From a virus: 6,412 bases of DNA. Under the pieces are notes generated by a model, which had not been told where the DNA came from, did not search any database, and saw nothing but the letters and a program-made list of their open reading frames with translations. This document shows positions 1-5,082 of this stretch, piece by piece. The stretch is taken from the IMG/VR virus record IMGVR_UViG_3300045988_000037, positions 1-6,412 of that record. The stretch is one strand, 5' to 3'. Position numbers and translations under genes: made by a program. Position 1 is the stretch's first letter. Every line of letters begins with the position of its first letter.

Positions 1-55
1 ACAAATAACGGATTAGATTTAACAGCACTAGGACCGGCATTAACAGCAAAATCAG
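1..55. repeat. Terminal redundancy (left copy), an assembly overlap of a circular molecule
   Basis: acaaataacggattagatttaacagcactaggaccggcattaacagcaaaatcag is identical to 6358-6412. Confidence 0.95.
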
Positions 56-968
56 TGCCAGAAGGTGAAATCTTATCACCAAGATATGTACGTGAAGATG
101 AAGAAGAAGAAATCTTAGCCTCTACATACAAATCCTGAGCCTTTAGACCACCTGTATCAATAGTCGCAACATCACCAAACTGGGTATCAGGCAAAACACC
201 CAAGAACATATCCTTATTCCAATTACAATACTCAAGGTCAAACATAGTATTGTCATTCCAATAAGAATCACCGGCAGCAGGGAGAGTAGAAAACAACTGT
301 TGCTGAACACCCGTATAGTAATCTATATTCCACAAATACGGACTAGAATTCTGCCACTGAGAATAGCGGAAATAATCCTGACAAAATTTCTTATAAGCCA
401 AAAAAGGGAATATACACACATTTAAATCAAACCTATATTTCTGAGTATAAGAAGTATCCGAAACAGGTACAGAAGTTCCAAAATTCTTAGAAGAATTAGA
501 ATTAGAATTCCCTACACGGAGATACTGCATAAGCTTATACGCAAGGTCAGCGCGGTCAAAACCAAAATAATTTTTCTTACCAGATAACCGAGCGCAAATA
601 GTATCAAGTTGACTATTCGAAACAGTCGGAAGATAATTACCAAGAGTTAACGCAGAAGTAACAGTACCTGCATGCTGAACATTAGACTGCATCTGAGAGA
701 TAATCTCAGGAGCATTACGCCAGAGAAGATGCAGAGGGACCCAGAACCAATCGAAATACTCACGAATACGAGTATACGCAGAGGTATTAACAGGTTGAGT
801 ACGGGTAAAATGCTGACGCTTTAGAGTAAATTTATCGCCAGGCATTGTAAAATACCATTTAACCGGAAGAAGCTCACCCGACTTTGCAGAAAAGGCAACC
901 TTAGACGAAAGATCAAATGCAGAACGTCTAGGATGATTGCGAATATCTTTTAAAGAAAATAAACTCAT
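1..968 (-). CDS. VP1: Major capsid protein VP1, N-terminal 322 codons plus 2 nt; continues across the circular junction into 5538-6357
   Basis: ATG at 968-966 (cat on plus). Hand translation: MSLFSLKDIRNHPRRSAFDLSSKVAFSAKSGELLPVKWYFTMPGDKFTLKRQHFTRTQPVNTSAYTRIREYFDWFWVPLHLLWRNAP...PFLAYKKFCQDYFRYSQW...NWNKDMFLGVLPDTQFGDV...NPLFV. No stop occurs down to nt 1. The phase (codon first bases = 2 mod 3) matches ORF 5538..6353 after subtracting 6357. It is absent from the ORF track because it runs off the window edge. The N-terminal motifs are typical of microvirus F/VP1 capsid proteins. Confidence 0.93.
   Translation of the reverse strand, partial: MSLFSLKDIRNHPRRSAFDLSSKVAFSAKSGELLPVKWYFTMPGDKFTLKRQHFTRTQPVNTSAYTRIREYFDWFWVPLHLLWRNAPEIISQMQSNVQHAGTVTSALTLGNYLPTVSNSQLDTICARLSGKKNYFGFDRADLAYKLMQYLRVGNSNSNSSKNFGTSVPVSDTSYTQKYRFDLNVCIFPFLAYKKFCQDYFRYSQWQNSSPYLWNIDYYTGVQQQLFSTLPAAGDSYWNDNTMFDLEYCNWNKDMFLGVLPDTQFGDVATIDTGGLKAQDLYVEAKISSSSSSRTYLGDKISPSGTDFAVNAGPSAVKSNPLF
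94..111. repeat. GAA-rich trinucleotide run in VP1
   Basis: gaagatgaagaagaagaa at 94-111. On the minus strand it encodes SSSSSS within EAKISSSSSSRTY. Confidence 0.85.
492..509. repeat. (AGAATT)x3 hexanucleotide microsatellite in VP1
   Basis: agaattagaattagaatt at 492-509. On the minus strand it encodes NSNSNS within RVGNSNSNSSKNFG. Confidence 0.85.
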
Positions 969-971
969 AAA

Positions 972-1175
972 TTAAAAATTTGGTTGAATATTAATACGAG
1001 TAGAGTCGACAGACTGTCTCATAGTCTGCTGACTTTCTTGTTTCGAATTACTGTTTTTCCAAAAAACAGACATAGACGCAGTACAAGACTGAACACACAA
1101 GGCTGTAATAAGCCCAATAATGAAAGTAGAAATCAATTTAACTACTTCAATCCATTGTTGAGGTGTAATTTTCAT
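972..1175 (-). CDS. Small membrane protein, 67 aa (N-terminal transmembrane helix, polar C-terminal tail); function unknown, lysis candidate
   Basis: ATG at 1175, stop TAA at 974-972. It starts 14 nt after the VP4 stop and ends 3 nt before the VP1 ATG. The hydrophobic stretch is WIEVVKLISTFIIGLITALCV, followed by the polar tail SNSKQESQQTMRQSVDSTR. It is on the same strand as all other genes, with the same T-ending codon bias. Confidence 0.7.
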   Translation of the reverse strand: MKITPQQWIEVVKLISTFIIGLITALCVQSCTASMSVFWKNSNSKQESQQTMRQSVDSTRINIQPNF

Positions 1176-1189
1176 AACTATAAAGATAA

Positions 1190-2911
1190 TTATTCTAAAA
1201 ATACATTATTCTCATCATTTAATTTCTTATGTTTGACACGAATATAATGTACTTCATAGTAATTCTTATCTTTCCATTCCTGAAAATAACGATTATTAAC
1301 TTTCTTTTGAGGTTTATTAATATAAAACAAAGATAGAAGGTCATCCGAATAACCTTCACGGTCAAACATCTCCTGCTGAATACTCAACTGTTTTTCTAGG
1401 GACATAGACCGACACCTAGACATATATTCATCAGATAAAGAAATAATATAATCATCAGAAAGACCAAGAGACTCCCAAATACGATATATAAAAAAGGGAC
1501 GACAAAGCTTATTCTTAAGCCTATCAGTAAAGTAATGAATTTCTTTGACAGAACGCGTATAAGCAAGATACACACGAAGACACTCAGGAAGCGTATCATA
1601 ACGGTACCCATACTTTTCATACAGAGTTACTGTATAGCAGTGTACAAACTCGGATATGTTTGTAGGAGTCTCTTCTTTAAAGGGTTCGTTTCGTCTAAAG
1701 AGTTGTAATATTCCACGGATTGAACGCAAAACTGTTCGAGTCTCGAGAGCAAAATTACTGCTGTACGGAACGAATCGTGGCAATAATCGATTGATATACG
1801 AAACGGGGGGATTAAATTCACAAGACTTGCCATTACGGACAAAGCGAATTCGCTCAGAAAGGCGTTCGACTGCTTGTTCAGGAACTTCGACTGTTTTTCT
1901 AAAGCTTTCATATCCAAATAATTTGCTAAACCTCGACTTAGTTTTTGTAAACGGGACATCTGTAAAAATGCCGGCGAGAGACACATAGCTATTAAGATAG
2001 CCCGATACGTATGAACCGGCGGAATCCCTTGCAAGTTGCGTATCGACACGACCGAGCTTCCAACTCTGAAATACAGCTTGTCGAATGTTTTTTGCGACTT
2101 CGTCCGAGTCAAAGAAAAATAAGATATGGAAATGCGGGCGGAATGTTTTAGGAGAGTACTCCGATACAACGAATGAAGATATTTTTTCATATGAACCAAT
2201 TTTTGTAAATAAATATTTGCGAAAACGTTTCGCAAAAAGTTGATAATCACGATAATTCACATATTTAAGAAGTCCTTTAAATTGAGGGAAAGCATTATTA
2301 TTTCCTTCACATTTTGATTTCTTTTTAAGTCTCTCAACTGTATCAGGAGAAATCCAAAGAAACTCTTCACGCTGAACATCATTAAATTTATGTAACCTAG
2401 AAACACGCGGAATAGTGCGAAGAATATAAGGACGAGCAGGAGACAAATAACTAGGTTTGTAATTTCGCCGGTATTCATCAGCAGCAGCATTAGATGCATA
2501 AATAGCTTTTAAATGCTCATCCATATAAGGATAATTTACCTTACAAGTAAACATATTAATAGGATGACCATTGTCCTCTTTTTTTACACGAGAATCAAGC
2601 AACATGCGCGTAAGCAGCTGAGAACGGACAGCCGGCCAATTCTTACCTACCGGATAATCAAATTCATAATCCGTAATAGGAACAAGTGCCATTTTCGGAA
2701 CATACTGAGAATTATAAGTCAACGTAACGAAATAACAATACTTACGGTTCCATTTTTCATAATCACACAAGTTCCTTTTCGCATCAGAACGCGAAATCAA
2801 ACAATGCGGACACACTCCACATTCAACATAAACAGGCTCACCTGTATACTTATTTTTTATAATGCGAGGATGCTCACAACGATTGAAAAAATTACTAACC
2901 TTATCACTCAT
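1190..2911 (-). CDS. VP4: Replication initiation protein VP4 (rolling-circle HUH endonuclease, phiX174 gpA family)
   Basis: 573 aa, ATG at 2911. N-terminal Cys/His cluster CEHP...ECGVCPHC. Motif 1 is FVTLTY (nt 2714-2731). The HUH motif is PHFHILFF (HFH = nt 2126-2134). The catalytic pair is YVSGY (Tyr codons at 2009-2011 and 1997-1999), matching the two-tyrosine YxxxY arrangement of phiX174 gpA. Confidence 0.93.
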   Translation of the reverse strand: MSDKVSNFFNRCEHPRIIKNKYTGEPVYVECGVCPHCLISRSDAKRNLCDYEKWNRKYCYFVTLTYNSQYVPKMALVPITDYEFDYPVGKNWPAVRSQLLTRMLLDSRVKKEDNGHPINMFTCKVNYPYMDEHLKAIYASNAAADEYRRNYKPSYLSPARPYILRTIPRVSRLHKFNDVQREEFLWISPDTVERLKKKSKCEGNNNAFPQFKGLLKYVNYRDYQLFAKRFRKYLFTKIGSYEKISSFVVSEYSPKTFRPHFHILFFFDSDEVAKNIRQAVFQSWKLGRVDTQLARDSAGSYVSGYLNSYVSLAGIFTDVPFTKTKSRFSKLFGYESFRKTVEVPEQAVERLSERIRFVRNGKSCEFNPPVSYINRLLPRFVPYSSNFALETRTVLRSIRGILQLFRRNEPFKEETPTNISEFVHCYTVTLYEKYGYRYDTLPECLRVYLAYTRSVKEIHYFTDRLKNKLCRPFFIYRIWESLGLSDDYIISLSDEYMSRCRSMSLEKQLSIQQEMFDREGYSDDLLSLFYINKPQKKVNNRYFQEWKDKNYYEVHYIRVKHKKLNDENNVFLE

Positions 2912-2965
2912 ATCTTCGTCTTTTTAATTGAGGGGAATACTTTTACTTTTAATCTTACGAAATCG

Positions 2966-2998
2966 CAAAGATAGGTAAATTGTGCAGAAAGCACCAAT
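2966..2998 (-). promoter_or_regulatory. Candidate Bacteroides-type promoter for the VP4-ORF67-VP1-ORF150-VP2 operon
   Basis: The minus strand reads TATCTTTG (plus caaagata, 2966-2973), matching the Bacteroides -7 consensus TAnnTTTG, 54 nt before the VP4 ATG. A partial -33 element, aTTG (2995-2998), lies 21 nt upstream. No other intergenic space precedes this gene block. Confidence 0.4.
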
Positions 2999-3108
2999 CA
3001 ACATTGTATCAAAAATTATTAATTTCGCGCGCGCATTACGCAAGCTCCATGCACACACGATATTAACAATTTTCAATACAATAACGCTTGGTGCAATCTT
3101 CACAATTT
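2977..3108. repeat. 132-nt imperfect palindrome (long hairpin in ssDNA) centred at 3042/3043, in the non-coding region upstream of VP4
   Basis: Positions i and 6085-i were paired by hand. Outer arms 2977-2997 / 3088-3108 pair at 18 of 21. Middle arms 3003-3020 / 3065-3082 pair at 15 of 18. Core 3021-3036 / 3049-3064 pairs at 12 of 16. Overall 48 of 66 positions are complementary. The core includes the tract cgcgcgcgc (3026-3034) facing gcacacacg. Confidence 0.85.
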
Positions 3109-3146
3109 GTCAATGATAAGCGATGTCGGAAGAAAAAAAAGAAAAA

Positions 3147-3338
3147 CTATTCCTTTTTGCCACATTCTCCGTAAGAGTCTGCTATGTATTCAGCAACAGG
3201 CTGGAAAACCAAAACCTTATCACCGGCACAAAGAAAATCGTCAGCCAAACAGCACAGGCTATTTTTATCAGGATCGATAATCACAGGGTCAGAAGGTTTT
3301 TCACCATTTTTGGGTTGTACAGTCATTAAAAGTTTCAT
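3147..3338 (-). CDS. Hypothetical small acidic Cys-containing protein, 63 aa
   Basis: ATG at 3338 (the track start at 3386 is GTG; another in-frame ATG is at 3326), stop TAG at 3149-3147. Sequence: MKLLMTVQPKNGEKPSDPVIIDPDKNSLCCLADDFLCAGDKVLVFQPVAEYIADSYGECGKKE. 27 of 63 codons end in T, like the other phage genes. I recognise no homolog. Confidence 0.55.
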   Translation of the reverse strand: MKLLMTVQPKNGEKPSDPVIIDPDKNSLCCLADDFLCAGDKVLVFQPVAEYIADSYGECGKKE

Positions 3339-3379
3339 AATTGTAAATTTTAAATTGTTAATAATATAATTAAAGCAAG

Positions 3380-3410
3380 CCCGCACTTAAGTGCACGAAA
3401 TCCATGCGGG
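3380..3410 (-). terminator. GC-rich hairpin between ORF68 and ORF63; possible attenuator/terminator or ssDNA structural element
   Basis: cccgca (3380-3385) pairs with tgcggg (3405-3410), plus a G-U pair at 3386/3404 on the minus-strand RNA. On the minus strand it is followed by CUUGCUUUAAUUAUAUUAUU. The perfect 12-nt palindrome gcacttaagtgc (3383-3394) offers a mutually exclusive alternative fold. Confidence 0.3.
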
Positions 3411-3413
3411 GAG

Positions 3414-3620
3414 CTACATTTCAGGGTCATGCAAATGAGATATAGAATCTATATGCTCGATATAATAAATCTCTATATCAATATCAAAGTCAGACAACTT
3501 CACAAGAGCCATAGATATAAGATGCCGAATATCGCCAGTTTCTTCAGAAAGAGTCAACTGAATGCGCGTACCAAAATTAGAACGCGCCATAACATGAATA
3601 AATCGAAGTTTCTTTTCCAT
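3414..3620 (-). CDS. Hypothetical small acidic protein, 68 aa
   Basis: ATG at 3620, stop TAG at 3416-3414. Sequence: MEKKLRFIHVMARSNFGTRIQLTLSEETGDIRHLISMALVKLSDFDIDIEIYYIEHIDSISHLHDPEM. It shows T-ending codon bias. A candidate promoter lies 34 nt upstream, and AGGA lies about 9 nt before the ATG. I recognise no homolog. Confidence 0.6.
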   Translation of the reverse strand: MEKKLRFIHVMARSNFGTRIQLTLSEETGDIRHLISMALVKLSDFDIDIEIYYIEHIDSISHLHDPEM

Positions 3621-3654
3621 AATTATATTTCCTTTAATTCATTTAATTATGATA

Positions 3655-3686
3655 CAAAGATAAGAGATCAACAAGAACACACCAAA
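3655..3686 (-). promoter_or_regulatory. Candidate Bacteroides-type promoter for ORF68 (and possibly ORF63)
   Basis: The minus strand reads TATCTTTG (plus caaagata, 3655-3662), the same octamer as upstream of VP4. TTTG (plus caaa, 3683-3686) lies exactly 20 nt upstream, fitting the -33 TTTG / -7 TAnnTTTG architecture. Confidence 0.45.
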
Positions 3687-3725
3687 TCAAATTATATGTT
3701 ATACAACATGTTTTGCATTTTTATT

Positions 3726-3788
3726 GGTGTCACTTTTGCCAATCTCGGACGAGAGGGGGTGGAATCGGGCTAGATGTGACACCCGATT
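3726..3788. promoter_or_regulatory. GC-rich structured element with two overlapping inverted repeats in the VP2-ORF68 non-coding region
   Basis: ggtgtcac (3726-3733) is complementary to gtgacacc (3776-3783). aatcggg (3763-3769) is complementary to cccgatt (3782-3788). The two stems share nt 3782-3783, so they compete. gagagggggtgg forms a G-rich island in an otherwise AT-rich genome. Confidence 0.6.
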
Positions 3789-3811
3789 TGCTACCGCACA
3801 AAAGAGAACAG

Positions 3812-3853
3812 CTATTAAAATAAAATGCACCGACTCATCACGAGCCAGTGCAT
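3812..3853 (-). terminator. Candidate rho-independent terminator after VP2
   Basis: Minus-strand RNA: AUGCACUGGCUC-GUGAU-GAGUCGGUGCAU. This is 12 contiguous pairs (10 Watson-Crick plus 2 G-U at 3831/3847 and 3833/3845) with a 5-nt loop, followed by UUUAUUUUAAU. On the plus strand the two wobbles become C-A mismatches, so the structure is specific to the coding strand. It begins 34 nt after the VP2 stop. Confidence 0.55.
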
Positions 3854-3886
3854 AAAGGCAATATTAGAACATGGTAATGAAACAGA

Positions 3887-5080
3887 TTATCTACGATGTC
3901 TCTTAGAGCGAACGGAACTCTTTCCGCTATTATCATCATAGTATTCGTCGTAATCCATAAAATAAGGTCTACCTCGATTATAACGACCATTCTGGAAATT
4001 GGTATAAGAATCCAAACCAGAACCAACGCCGTCAAAAATCATATTGACAAAATTAACAGCCTCACGCCATGGTTGCAACTTAGTATCAAATTTAGATTGC
4101 TGATAATCTTCAGCAGCAGAACCAGCACGAGAACGCAATATTGATGAATCATGAAATGCATCCTGACGAGCATAATTATCACGGGAACCATAGTAATCAC
4201 CAAAATACATATTAGTGTTATTAGTAGCCTTAATCAACCCGTCAGCAGTCTCACGTATAATATGATTCTGAAGAATATAGCCATTAGCACGGGCATAAGT
4301 CTCAATTTCGTCAGCAATAAGATTATTAATTTCCTGTCTCTTCATTTGACCACTCATAACAAGATATTCATAATTAGCGGCCTTCATATTCAACTCCGCT
4401 AATTGTTGTTCATCAAGATATTTATTCAAAATAGTCTTAGACTCAGCATCAAGAAGAGAATTAGCAATGTTAGCGACGAGTAAATTATTACTCCAACGCT
4501 GATTCGAGAGATTCTCCTCGAGAGAAGCCATACCAAGTTCGGCAGCCTTACGACCTTGAGAGAGATTATACGCACGAGCCTCAGGAGAAGCATTACGCCA
4601 ATCAGTAGCACCAAGGTTTTGCCAAATCTGAGAACGTAACAAATCAGACATATTAAGGTTCTCAATATCAGTCTGTTTCTTCTCGGACATCATTTTTAAC
4701 GCAGAAGCCAAATTAACACCAACAGATTGAAAATCAGGGGTATATGGAATCTGAGGAGAAGCACCAGCAGCAGTAGCAGAAGAAGTACCGGACATACCAG
4801 TAGCAGTACCAGCCTGTGCATCATTCATATAAGGATTATAACCAGCATCTTCCAGTCTTTTACGCTGAGAAGAAGCCTTGTTATATTCATTTTCCCTACT
4901 CCACATATCCAACTGAAAATCACGGGCTTTTTGGGCTTCGCGAGCGTTAAAATCATTATTCATCTGGTTAATCTTAAGATTGGCCTTATTAGTATCCGAT
5001 GTAGATTTAGCACCAATAGCACCGGATATTACAGAACCAACACCACCAAATAACCCGCTAGCAAAGTCTTTAAAAGCCAT
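3887..5080 (-). CDS. VP2: Minor capsid / DNA pilot protein VP2 (phiX174 gpH analogue)
   Basis: 397 aa, ATG at 5080, stop TAA at 3889-3887. The N-terminus is Gly-rich and hydrophobic (FASGLFGGVGSVISGAIGA), followed by MWSRENEYNKASSQRKRLEDAGYNPY, which resembles the conserved xxQxxRLxxAGxNP block of microvirus VP2 proteins. The centre is long, polar and helical-looking. The position next to the capsid genes fits. Confidence 0.88.
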   Translation of the reverse strand: MAFKDFASGLFGGVGSVISGAIGAKSTSDTNKANLKINQMNNDFNAREAQKARDFQLDMWSRENEYNKASSQRKRLEDAGYNPYMNDAQAGTATGMSGTSSATAAGASPQIPYTPDFQSVGVNLASALKMMSEKKQTDIENLNMSDLLRSQIWQNLGATDWRNASPEARAYNLSQGRKAAELGMASLEENLSNQRWSNNLLVANIANSLLDAESKTILNKYLDEQQLAELNMKAANYEYLVMSGQMKRQEINNLIADEIETYARANGYILQNHIIRETADGLIKATNNTNMYFGDYYGSRDNYARQDAFHDSSILRSRAGSAAEDYQQSKFDTKLQPWREAVNFVNMIFDGVGSGLDSYTNFQNGRYNRGRPYFMDYDEYYDDNSGKSSVRSKRHRR

Positions 5081-5082
5081 AA

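Noticed and set aside
1080-1110. Possible lipoprotein lipobox (ALC or VQSC) in the 67-aa membrane protein
   Set aside because: The residues before either Cys do not fit the L-[AS]-[GA]-C pattern, and the N-region is weakly charged. A plain TM helix is the simpler reading.
3128-3146. A8/A5 homopolymer tract (T-tract on the coding strand) immediately after the ORF63 stop, as a terminator tail or slippery site
   Set aside because: There is no stable GC hairpin upstream, only weak A-T pairing. It lies outside any reading frame, so frameshifting is irrelevant.
3339-3386. GTG start at 3386 for a 79-aa version of ORF63
   Set aside because: The GTG lies inside the intergenic hairpin. The added residues (RACFNYIINNLKFTI) look non-coding, and an ATG at 3338 is available. 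The longer form cannot be formally excluded.
3688-3711. AT-rich near-palindrome (atgtt-atac-aacat) as a possible dif-like XerC/D attachment site, since Bacteroidota microvirus prophages are proposed to integrate at dif
   Set aside because: It is only a 5-bp stem, and I cannot match it convincingly to a dif consensus from memory. No integrase is present, and the circular assembly gives no junction evidence.
3838-4035. 65-aa minus-strand ORF overlapping the VP2 3' end
   Set aside because: It has a TTG start, is out of frame inside VP2, gives a hydrophobic off-frame-type peptide, and runs through the predicted terminator.
4426-4665. 79-aa minus-strand alternative-frame ORF inside VP2
   Set aside because: It has a TTG start and a Leu/Arg/Ile-rich off-frame composition. 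It is short enough to arise by chance.
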